Shown here one piece after another: positions 51,574 to 62,600 of a stretch of DNA of 64,000 nt (position 1 is its first letter; every line of letters starts with the position of its first letter). The stretch covers positions 124,001 to 188,000 of the forward strand of contig OZ316899.1 of assembly GCA_973895155.1 (NCBI GenBank). Direction: 5' to 3'. The DNA is from Marsupella aquatica (Eukaryota > Plantae > Marchantiophyta). The notes below the pieces were generated by a model. The model was not told where the DNA came from. It saw nothing but the letters and a program-made list of their open reading frames with translations, and made no database searches. The position numbers and the translations under genes are program-made.

Positions 51574-52479
51574 AATTATTGTGTAGATGTGCTCTCCCGG
51601 GGCAAGCTGAGAGCGCTTGGAGGGGCTACTCAAAGTGGTGAGTGCTCGTACGGTGGAGATGACACCATGGTCATTTTGGATTTAGCCTGGTCATCATTAG
51701 ATTTGGTATTGAAATTCAGATTCTGACGTCATTTTAGCGATTCTTTCAAGAAGAGTAAGGGTTTGGCATAATCTGGTTGAAAAATGGAATGTTGTCATCA
51801 TGACTTTGCAATATTGGGCATGTTGAGGTGTGAAAGGTAAGGCATGTTACTTGTTATGGGGGTGATATATTGAAATGGGGAGGTTTTGCAAGATAGAAGA
51901 ACTCAAATAAATCAACTCAAAGGTGGAATTGACATGATCAGCACACGTACCCTTGAGAGTAACAAACACTTTGATGATGAGGCACCAACCACAAGTTGCA
52001 AACCCCAAAGGACAAGGGTGGGTGTGGATGTCCGGAAAATGGTCTTATTCTTGTGGGGTTAGTGGTATGCATTCATTGTATGACTTTGTAGAAGAAACAT
52101 ACAGGCAACTTCACCTTGTTTAGTAAATCACCCTTATTGGGCTCGTTACTTGCTTCCCATGGGCTGAAGATACAACTGTAGAGATTCTATATAGGTGGGC
52201 ATCCAAACTCATCAAGGGCATAGTTACACTTGATTTGCGTGAACACCTCCAGTCATCAAATTATTGAATGTTGTCCAAACTAATCTTCTAAGCCATTTTG
52301 GTTTGCCATGACACAACCCATGCAGACCATTGAAATAAGCACATGTCAAACTGATTTTTTTGAATACCCTGTCTGATTCTTGTAGGCCCGCTTGTACGTC
52401 CATTACAAGGAGAGTGAATTGCAGAATTGGCCATTGTTTCTAACGGGTCTGGAAGGCTTGACAAGGTTAGTACATCTTA

Positions 52480-53120
52480 ACACTTGCATTTTATGATTGA
52501 CATGAGGGCATTCCAGCACTCATGTTGCAAGGCAGGGGGCTGTTTCACCTGGATTCAATTATGATAAGAATTACATATAAAAGTAGAAAGGAAGAATTAA
52601 ATTCACATCCTTTATTGCCTCCTATTATTTTCACCTTCCCATGTACTTGTTTCGTCTATGGTATCACATTATTTCTGGGGGCGGTGGTGGTTGGAAAAGG
52701 TTGGCACATTTTGACACTTGCATTTAACAATTGAGATAAGGGCATTCCGGCACTCATGTTGCAAGGCAGGGGGCTGTTTGACCCGGAGTCAATCATACAA
52801 AAATTATATATAAAAGTAGAAGAAAAAAAAACCAAATTCACATCCTACATTTCCTCCTACTGTTTTCCCTCTCCTGCTTGTTTCTATTATGGTATCATAT
52901 TATTTCTAAAGAAGGAGGGGGCAGCTCAAAAAAGTTAATATATCTTGACACTTACATTTAATGATTGAGATGAGGGCATTCCGGCACTCATGTTGCAAGG
53001 CAGGGGGCTGTTTGACCCGGACTCAATCATACAAGAATTACATATAAAAGTAGAAAAGAAAAACCAAATTCACATTCTACATTTCCTCCTACTATTTTCA
53101 CTTTCTTACTTGTTTCTATT
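52480..53120. repeat. Tandem repeat, ~3 x 234 bp
   Basis: GGGCATTCC(A/G)GCACTCATGTTGCAAGGCAGGGGGCTGTTT, with the ATG at 52522, 52756 and 52990. Confidence 0.92.
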
Positions 53121-55879
53121 ATAGTTGTAGTTTGCCAGAGAGAACCAAAAGCACACTTTTATGTCTCTAAACTTTTATGAACCCTAAAGTTCCACTGACC
53201 ATTTGTCTTATGAATCTATACAACACAGCGGAGTTATATGAATTCACATGGTCCGAGAATTCCCAAGATTACAGGGATTTATGAAAATATACATTTTGAC
53301 TAGGATGACAAAGATTTAGAGTAAAGATCTCTTTATTTTCACACAAAGTGCATTTTGGAATGACATGGGAGTTTAAAAGTTTACATGGATATCCTCTACG
53401 AATGCATGATTCTTTCAACATCCCATCCGAGCTTATGACTCTTTTTGGTCTTTCGCCGTGGTTTAAAAAGCAAAAGCCAACGCCCGCTGAATGACTCCCT
53501 TTTTGCTAAAAGGCGTTAAAACAGAAGCTCAATTTAGTCAATTGACACATTAGCTGTCCGCTATAAAGTTGGATTGCACGACATCACGAGTGACGTGTTT
53601 ACCATGTTTTGGGAGCTATTCCTTCGCAGTAGCTGTAACCTTCTCCCAAGCCTGGTGGGTTGTGTTGTTGAGAGATCGCTACTACTACAGTACTCGTTCT
53701 ATTGACGGACGATCAGCTGGGCAGGAAAGCAAGGAGCGATACAAATCAGACTTCGAGATTTGTAACTCGATTCTGACCTCTGTGTCAACTAGTAACATTT
53801 GGCAGTACTATCTGCGGGTTTCCTTCTCAAGCTATCACCAATGGAGAAATCGAGTCGTTGGTCAGTCTGTTTTACTGGGCCATTGCACCTTCATTCGCCG
53901 GTGCCCCATGTCAATTGTATCAGAATTTGTGAAATCAAGATCTAAAGTGCCTTGGTCCTCTTAAAGCGACAGGTTGCCAACCAGCTTTCATAGCAGATCG
54001 GAAGGAAAAATTGAACTAAGTCTGCCTCACTGAAGGTGCATGTTTACAGATTTTACACGTCTTGCCTCTACCACTTCTGTTGACATTTTGTCCTAGCTCA
54101 GTGACTGAGGTAGACTTGTGATGATATCCGAAACTCTATGTTAAGTGTATGCGGAAAAGAGATAGTCCTATGAATATCTTAAGAACGTCCTTGAACTAAA
54201 GGACATGAGGGGCATTTTGACTAAAGCTTTGTACAGATCATTTAGAGTAGGTCCATATCAATAGACATAATTTTACGGCTGGAGTTAGTAGCCATTCGGA
54301 TTAATACAACATGCACGGCACCTTAGGCATACTCCAAATCCCACCTTGTAATTTTACTGGAGACCCCAGTTTTGATCAGGTTGACGGCATTTTGTCTACT
54401 CAATTGATTCAGAGCCCTACACCAGCTTGCCAATTTGTGATGGCATAAACGAAGGAATTTTGCGTCCTCATCGGCCGCTGCAGTCTAGCTCGTCTACCAG
54501 CAAGACGAGCGCGAACCATACTTACACCATAATAGGTTCAGATCCATGATTTGGGAAAATAACCTTCTTTGGGAAGTGTTTGCGGCTCCAGATGGGACCC
54601 GGCCCCGTGCCTATCAATCTCATGAGTGCCTCTATATTATTTGCCTTGTTTTGAGCAGTCACTTACATAATCGTACTGTCTGGAGTCTCCAGACAAGAAG
54701 GTTTGTTTGATTTTTTGTCATCCCTGATCCACATCGTGGGTCGTCTCCTCGATTTAGTCACATTTTTGTTGTATCTGATTGGCATGTACGTTCCGTTTGT
54801 GAGTACGTTCTAGTGAGAATCCTCCTTGTTACTACCTACTCCAACCACCCTGGATTGCAGTGCGTGGGTGAGCAGAGTCTCTTTCTTGTTGCCTCGAAAA
54901 AAACCAAAAGAACTCCATTCAATTAGTCAGCATACAGAAAGGTGGAACCCCTGAAAGGAGCACCAACCCAGGTGGACCCAGAAAGGAGCACCAACCCAGG
55001 TGGGCTGAAGGTCCATGTGTCGGGACCGGTGAAGCAGAGTCTCTTTCAAGCTTCTCCTCTCGGTGGAAAATTCCGAGTCCCAAATCCCAAGGGTCCAGCC
55101 CAGGTCTCTCCTCCAACCTTACTCAACCCCAAAAGTAGATTATCTGGGACAGTGGGATCGCCTCGGTGGATGGGAGGGGCGGGGGGCTCCAAGATTCCCC
55201 ACTGCAGCCTCCCATGGGAGTCTGGGCCTTGTCTCAGTCCTAATGCAGGGGCGGATCAAGAAGGCTCCAAGAGGGTTAGTTTTCTAGAGTTAGAAAGTCC
55301 GTAGCCCCTTGTGTATCCTCAATCAGCCAGCATATTGTCAGATTATCGTCAATATATTCCTTTGACCTATCTGCCTGTCCAATTGCCATTTTAGTTATTG
55401 TAATGCTCGATCACATTGGGAGTTGAGCTACAAACAAAAGAATGGACGCTTCAAGCTGCCCAAAGGGCAACGTGACTCACTGCCCAAAGAAATAGATTTC
55501 CTTTAATTTGGTCTGACTGTGTGTGACGCCGCCGGTACGGCGGTTAATGAGTGATTCAGTCTAACTGCGCTCGGCACGCGCGTTAGGTGGGTCTTAGGCC
55601 GCTATTATTAGCATAACGACAGTATTTAGGTAATCATTAGGGGTAGGACATCATTAGGCAATAAGGGGGACTTCAGGTTCGGGCTGGCGGCGGGTCGCTA
55701 TTCGCACACCCGGGTTACGAGTGTGGAAGGGCCCCTCCCTCGGGTCCGTATAACAAACTTAAGGAAGCGGCCACTGACGCACGCTAACTCAGACCGGCGG
55801 AGTGGCCGGTACACCACAAGCGTGAGCGGTTCAGCCTATGGGCGTCGAGGAGACGTCGGGGATCGACAAGCCCTCAAAG

Positions 55880-55886
55880 TATAAAA
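55880..55886 (+). promoter_or_regulatory. TATA box of the element promoter
   Basis: TATAAAAGGGG followed by a pyrimidine-rich leader and the ORF1 ATG ~100 bp downstream. Confidence 0.6.
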
Positions 55887-55987
55887 GGGGAGCCAACCCT
55901 TTGTAGTGCACCAGTCCATCAGTCCGCGCGCCAGCTTCGACCCCAGCTCTCTCGTTCTCTCTAGATCGCCACTACTATCTCCTCTGA

Positions 55988-56638
55988 ATGTTGCACACGA
56001 TCCTCTCCAGCTCGGCCATTCGATTCTGGACGCAGTTCCTATCTACCGGAAGGCACTTGGCCGATTCATTGAAACACGCCAACCCGCGCCGATACGAAAT
56101 CGAACGCGAATACGAGAGAGCCATCCGCCTAGCAGGACGACACCACTACGTCCTTAACTTTGACTACCCGTCTCGGAGCGAGCTTTACCGACCAGCAGAG
56201 GTATCTGGGTACTTCTTCAACGGAGACAAATATATCGGGTTCTGGGAAGCATTGCTTCGGCTTCCGGACGAGGTCTTCAATATCCCGGGTACAATCGACC
56301 TGCAGCGACATCACTTCGACCACATCCCTGCCCGGGTTCGGGCTGTCATTAACGGCGAGTCCAGTACCAACCGTTCGACAAGAGCGTCCGCACTCGCTTC
56401 GGAGAACTTCTACCAGCACCTGCAGAGCTTCATGGGAACTCGGCCATCAACCAACATGACCAACTCAGCCGGGCCCGTACCCGTACCCGTGCCCATGCAA
56501 CCTCAGGCTCAGCTTCAGCTTCAGCCTCAGCCGCAGCCTAGCCAAACCCCACCACCTATCACCCAGCCAGCACAGGTACGCTCCGTCATCAACGCTGTGG
56601 ATCTTAGCGATGACGACGAGGCTACCCCACCCTCTTGA
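55988..56638 (+). CDS. Gypsy accessory ORF1 (216 aa, unknown function)
   Basis: Open ATG-initiated ORF; globular N-terminus homologous by eye to 18596-18900; Pro/Gln-rich tail. Confidence 0.7.
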   Translation: MLHTILSSSAIRFWTQFLSTGRHLADSLKHANPRRYEIEREYERAIRLAGRHHYVLNFDYPSRSELYRPAEVSGYFFNGDKYIGFWEALLRLPDEVFNIPGTIDLQRHHFDHIPARVRAVINGESSTNRSTRASALASENFYQHLQSFMGTRPSTNMTNSAGPVPVPVPMQPQAQLQLQPQPQPSQTPPPITQPAQVRSVINAVDLSDDDEATPPS

Positions 56639-58632
56639 CCAGGCGGCCCAGAGGAACAAGCGCTCGGGGGGCCGACACTATATCGTCCCCACCCCCTTCT
56701 CTGACCCCAGGAGCGGCCCCAGTAGACAACATGGTGACCGTGGCCGCCCCGGGCCCGTTACCAACCGCAGTGGCACTCCCCAGGCCCGATCGGGAGGATG
56801 GGGAAGTATCACCTTCCCCGAGTCAGTCACCGGGAAAGAAGAGGAAGGAATCCGCCACTACATCCGGGTTACCGTTGGCCACGGTAGCCGTAGCCAAGGT
56901 GACGATGCACCGCATGGGGGAAAACGTTCACAGCAACATCCTCCATCCCAAGCATGCGGTGTACCTGAAGACTCAGGGATTTGAGCACCTCACCTCTCTC
57001 CCCTGGAACACTTGCAGGTACTACGGGGAGGACATGACAGAATTCGTCAAGAATTATGACGACGTACGTCAACAGACTCGGCTGCGGGGAAGGAATATGT
57101 CCCTCACAGAAGAACGGCTCAAGATGATCTTTGGGTTACCCGAAGGTGACCATCGAGTCGAATCACGGGCTCCCGGGGGCAAGGGGGCCAAGTACCAATC
57201 TTCAAGTTTTCCCTCAGAGGGAGCAGTAGACAACGGGTTCGTGATGAGGACCTGCCTCATGCCCGAGATAGCTGAGCGGCTGGAGTTCCAAAGGTACGCT
57301 CTCCACATGATGGAACCCCGGGGGGAGATCTCCGCCGCCCAGGTTATCCAGGTCGAGAACTATCGACCTAGGAAATGGGCATCGTACTTCGCTAAGAAAT
57401 TCCATGAAGAGATGGAGCGGCGAAGGAAGACGCTGTACATTGGCGGGAAGGCGTATTTCGCTAGCCACATCGAAATCATTCTTGAGTGGTACGCCCGGTT
57501 TGATCGACGAACCCTTCCCCGCATCAACGTTACAAAGCTGGTTCCAGCTAGGTGGGTGTTTCCGGCATTGGAGAGACGGCCCCAACCTGAGGCCCGAAGT
57601 CCAGTGGACACGCCAGCTTCACCCACCCCACCTCCACAAATAGCTGTAACCGTAACCGAGGAGGCGCCGGAGGGGTCGGTCGTTGCAACCGTTGATGCGA
57701 CCCAACTAGCCGGGCTAAGTACAGAAGTTGGTACGGCAGAGGTCTTACCCGAACCCGGGTCTCCCAAGGACCCGCCGGTGGCAATTCCGGAGAACCGGAC
57801 ATCGCTGCAGGAGGACACTCCAGCCCCTTCCAACGTTATGTCCCCAGGGCTAGACGTCACTACCCCGGCCCCTGCGCGTGTTGACGTCTGCCCGTGCCCA
57901 AATCCGGACAGGCACAACTTGGACCACCCAGAACTCTTCGTACAGGGTACGTTCCTGAACGGGCTTCTGGGAGATTTCTCTCATCAAATTGCCCGGGATA
58001 CCGGGGAGTTCATGGCCCGGAAGGTAGCCTGTTTCTTCAATCAGGAGTTGGTTGCCGCCGTAAAGGCAGGTCGGGCCGAGTCGGAGGCCCTTCAGAGGAT
58101 AGAGCGGTACCGGGTGGAGTCCGTGTACCTAAAGAACAAAGTGGCGGCTCAAGAGGCTGAGCTTCTGGCACTACGACCCAAGGTTGCAGCCGCCGATGAG
58201 TTGTTAGCAAAGGCGTACGCTCTTACCGCCCTAGCCGAACAGGCCAAAGCTGGGAACGAGGCCAAGATTACACGACTCCGGAACCAGATTGACAGTTTGA
58301 ATAAACAAGCTGTCACCTGGCAGAAAGACCTGGAGGAGGCCGAGGAGCAAGCCCAGCGGGACACGGCGGAGATAGCTACGCTGCAGGCTGAGATGGCGCG
58401 GCTCCAAACCGAGGCCGAGAAGCAGGACCAGCTGGCGGGTAAACTGACGAGCGACGCCCAGCAGCTGGAGGAGGCATGTCAGGAGGCAGCAGAGGAGACG
58501 GACGCGGCGAGGCGAGAGAACGAATCTCTGCTGGACCAGGTCCAGCTCCTCAAAGCGGACAATGACAGGCTTCGAAGGCAGCGGGATGGCCGTTCCCATT
58601 CGAGCGGCTCTGGCAAGCGTGCCAGGCATTAG
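56635..58632 (+). CDS. Gypsy accessory ORF2 (Athila ORF1/PF20167-like domain + Pro-rich linker + long coiled coil); first ATG 56731
   Basis: 666 open codons; DMTEFVKNYDDVRQQTRLRGRNMSLTEERLKMIFGLPEG motif; heptad-rich C-terminus ending in basic SGKRARH. Confidence 0.8.
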   Translation: MTRRPRGTSARGADTISSPPPSLTPGAAPVDNMVTVAAPGPLPTAVALPRPDREDGEVSPSPSQSPGKKRKESATTSGLPLATVAVAKVTMHRMGENVHSNILHPKHAVYLKTQGFEHLTSLPWNTCRYYGEDMTEFVKNYDDVRQQTRLRGRNMSLTEERLKMIFGLPEGDHRVESRAPGGKGAKYQSSSFPSEGAVDNGFVMRTCLMPEIAERLEFQRYALHMMEPRGEISAAQVIQVENYRPRKWASYFAKKFHEEMERRRKTLYIGGKAYFASHIEIILEWYARFDRRTLPRINVTKLVPARWVFPALERRPQPEARSPVDTPASPTPPPQIAVTVTEEAPEGSVVATVDATQLAGLSTEVGTAEVLPEPGSPKDPPVAIPENRTSLQEDTPAPSNVMSPGLDVTTPAPARVDVCPCPNPDRHNLDHPELFVQGTFLNGLLGDFSHQIARDTGEFMARKVACFFNQELVAAVKAGRAESEALQRIERYRVESVYLKNKVAAQEAELLALRPKVAAADELLAKAYALTALAEQAKAGNEAKITRLRNQIDSLNKQAVTWQKDLEEAEEQAQRDTAEIATLQAEMARLQTEAEKQDQLAGKLTSDAQQLEEACQEAAEETDAARRENESLLDQVQLLKADNDRLRRQRDGRSHSSGSGKRARH

Positions 58633-59652
58633 CGGCGGAGTAGGAATAGATTAGGATTAGGATTGGCTTAGTCAGGCTCTTGGGACAGGCACCTGGCTTA
58701 GGTACAGCAGCGCTGCCCTGCTGTCCAGCCTGCGTAGATTAGGATCTTCTAATAAGACACAGCCGTTTTCCGGCCTGACTGTCAGCTTAGTTAGGACCTT
58801 AGTCAACGAATCTTTGGCGAGAGGACACCCCGTCCCTCGGCTCTTAGTATTTAGTGCACCCCTTGGTAGAGGCAGGGGGGGTTTTTAGTTTTAGAGTCGG
58901 ACATCCACTGGATATGCGGGGAGTCCCGACCTCTGGGAATGACAGAGTACCAAGGGGAGGGGGTAGGACTAAGCTCGCCGGGCGAGTGCGGAGCCGGGCT
59001 CCGTTGTAGTGTGCACCCTCGGCCTTGAACCTGTTCATTCCAGGGCTGTCGGGTCAACTAAGTGTACGCATATGTTCCCTTTGTAGTAAAATCCTTTCCC
59101 ATCATTTTTCTTCGTGTAAATCGAGATTGTATGCATGTGTGCGCATATGTGTGTGGGTTTCTCATATATGGGTGGCAGCGCCAGGCCGAACGCACTACCC
59201 GAGACGTGCACAGGGTGCAGCCTGCGGGTAAGTGGTTGCGAGCACGGGTTGAGGACCGGTATCATCGAATCCGGATCGAAGGCGGACAGCACGAAGGCTT
59301 AGAAGCCCTTAAGCCGGGGTCGATCCTGCTATCGACTAAGGTACGTTCCGGCGGCGGAACACAAACCATACCTAGGAGGTGTCCGTATTTAGCAGTATGC
59401 GCACTTAGCGCTAGTTTACGAGAATAAGGTGCATTATGTGCTTCCCTTCCTGCCCGAACCCTCAGATTTACGAGGGATGTGCCCGTCTAAGCTGAAGTCT
59501 GAGTTAAGGCCGAAGCCTACGATGTGACATAGCCTTTGTTTTGGCGCTAGATGGAGGGGGCACTCTACATATCATAGAGGGGAGACATGTGCGTATTCAC
59601 CTAGGCAGGATACATCAGGACGTAGTACTAACCATTGCATTTATATGAGTAA

Positions 59653-62600
59653 ATGCCCGTCACTCGTTCTCAAGCAGCTTACTTGAGGAGATTGACCAGC
59701 GAACGAGAAAGTGCAACCACAACAAGCTCCGACTCGTCGGGCTCGGAGGACTCGCAATCGTCCCGACGTATGAACATACACCCGGGACCTTCGGGGTCCG
59801 GTTCGACCGGCCCTGCTGCGGTTCCACCACCACCACCACCACCTATGGCAGCCGCTCCACCGGTGGCCCGCGCTGCTCAGGCACCCCCACAAATATCGCA
59901 ACGATCGCGATTTCATTATCGACCTTTCAAAGGGCGTCATGGGGATGATCCGGATGAATGGTTGGATGAGTTTGAAGCCACTGCTAAAGCTAATGGGGAA
60001 GACGCCATTAAGCTAACCGTCCTCCCGGGAGTGATGCGGGGAGAAGCTCGTCCATGGTACAACTCGTTACCACCCGGGACTACCTGGGCACAATTCCAAG
60101 CTGCATTGCTGCAGGAGTTTCGTGCCATTGGATGAGAACAGCGTTCTCTATTAAAGATTGGCCAGCTTCGCATGGAAAAAAGAAAGTCCCTGCGGAAGTT
60201 CATTCAGAAGTTTCAGAAACTTGCGGCCAAGATCCGGCCCAGGCCAGGAGACGCGCTCCAGCTTACATGGTTCCTTCATGGTTTGCCCACGAATATGCAA
60301 TTCTGGGTACGCCAGAATAATCCAATTTCAATGCAGGCGGCCATAGCGTGCGCCGAAACTTACCGGGAGTCCACCTATAACTCCCGGCGGAGCCAGCGAG
60401 CACGCCGCAGGAAGGGTAAGTACGAAACCTTCAGTGATAGTGACTCCGAATCGGACGACGAGAGGAAGAAGAAACGCAAGAAGAAGAAGAAGAAACATCG
60501 TTCGACCTCGTCCAGCTCCGAGACGGAATCCAGTTCGGATTCAGCTTCAAGCATCGGATCCTCTACCTCCAGTTCATCAGGAAGTGACTCGGAGAGCGAA
60601 AGCCGGAGCAAAAAGAAGAAGAGACGAGTGAAGAAGGAGGGGAAGATTAAACCCCGGGCGCGAAGAACGATACCAGATCCAAAGGCTGCCGAAGCAGACA
60701 AGCTAAACGAAATCATGGATCGACTCAAAGCACTGTCAGTACATCTTGCGGAAAAGCCGGTGGAGAAGAAGAAGCCATCTGAGATTCGAGCCCATGCGTG
60801 GTGTTCAAAGTGCTTCCAATCCGGCCATGTGGTGCAGGAATGCCCAAGGTGGAAGAACCGAGTTCACCAAGTAGAGCTGGATGATGTTGACAACCCGGGC
60901 CCCGAATCGGAGTCCACGGAGTATTTCTTTGAGGACCCTCCTGATTCCGTGTACCAGATTTCAACGGTAGGTCCGCGTAATTTAGCGGGTAGAACTGCGT
61001 ACCCCTACCCAAGTAATGGCCGGAGTTTCCAGGTTATCAGTAACCCGAGCATCCCTCCTAAGCCAGGGATTTGGCGGTCCCCGGTTTGTTACAACTGTGA
61101 AAAGCCAGGACACTTTGCGAGGGAATGCACCGAACCAAGACGTCAGGGAGATGGCCGGGGCACCCCACTATGTCAAGTTTGCAAAACGGAGGCTCATTCC
61201 ACGGCCATCTGTCCGTTGGTAATCGCTGCTCGAACGAGTGCGGCTAGACCGGCCCAGGCTGGACCAGTCACGAGCGATGCAGTCGTCCAAATGATTGCTG
61301 TAGAATGGCAAGATGACAACACCGAGTGGGTGAATCTGGTGGACGTGGTGGAACACCCTAATCCATTGGATGAGGCCGAGTGCTACCGAGTGTCGACAAG
61401 GGCCGAACGGAAGGAAGAAAAGACAGAGGAGAAACGGAGGAAAAAGAAAGATACTACTCCGGTGCAGCCAGCGATAAATATACCCCCGGAAAAGGACGAT
61501 GACTACCGACGGGACGACCCAAAGCTGTTTTTCCCCCGCATCAAAGAATTGGTAAAGAAACAGCTGGAGGCTTACGAAGCTCGGGAATACCAGAAGGCAA
61601 TCGATAAGGACATCAAAGCAGCCGAGACAGCCCGGCGACAGGAGCAAGAAAAGCAAGATAAACAAGAGGAAGCCAAGCAGCAGCCAACGAAAGACACAAA
61701 GGAGGACTATGATATAAAGGAGGACGTGAAGAGTTGCCCGGTTACAGCGACGGTGGGGCAACTGCTGCAGAACAACCCACAGTACAGACGACAACTGAGG
61801 GAGTTGCTCATGGGTCGCCGAAGGAGGAGACTACCCCGAGTTGGGAGTGCGGACTGCAACATGATATGCGAGGACCTTGGAGCGCCGGACATCTCGATCG
61901 AAATTAATAACTGTACCATCAAGATGGTTCTTGTAGACGGAGGAGCGGGAGTCAACATCATGACTGAAGAAACGTCAGTCAAGTTAGGATACCTCACGTA
62001 TCAACCCACGGCCCGAGCTATCAGATTAGCAAACGGGGCAAGGGTCCTCCCATTAGGCACGCTCACACGAGTGCTCACTCTGGTGGGAGGGGTAGAGTTC
62101 TATCTCAACTTCTTAGTCATGAGGCCGGTTCGTCCCTCCTCTTATCCGGTTCTTCTGGGCAGGCCGTGGTTGTACGGTGGCCGCGTAGTCACGGATTGGG
62201 GAAAGAAGGAGCTACGGTTTGGGGAACCCACCGTACGGGTATCCTGGGCAATGGACGATTATCAGGGAGAAACCCCACAAGGACCCGAGGAATATGATTC
62301 GGAGACCTCGGAGGAAGAGGAACTCAATATGATCGAACTCATCTCGTCCCTATCCGAGGAAGATGTCTTCGGAGTTGAAGCAACCCGAGAAACACATCTC
62401 CTAAATTACCCGAGGGCTGCCATTGAGTCCACCCCAAGCACATCTACTGTCGGGGATGAGGAAACGCACGAACAACTCGTCGAGACGGAGGACACGGCTC
62501 CAGCTAAGCAGGGAGCCGAGGCTACTCCTTCCATTTCAGAGCCTCGTAACCATGAACCAGCCCAACAACCGCCTGAGGCCGGAAACTCGAGACCGAGACA

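Larger units (their letters stand above)
55312..59614 (+). repeat. Putative 4.3-kb 5' LTR containing two ORFs
   Basis: Perfect 8-bp terminal inverted repeat TGTATCCT (55312-55319) / AGGATACA (59607-59614), ending 38 bp before the gag ATG; internal TATA box. The second LTR is not in the window, so this is unconfirmed. Confidence 0.5.

Noticed and set aside
53670-53770. Possible PLC exon 2 remnant (RYYYSTRS / LTDDQLG)
   Set aside because: No acceptor plus VHHDM start, and it needs frameshifts; resemblance may be chance.
56145-56154. 10-nt complement (ACTACGTCCT) of the sequence following the putative LTR, suggesting self-priming
   Set aside because: Lies inside ORF1 rather than at the transcript 5' end; a 10-nt match is expected by chance in several kb.
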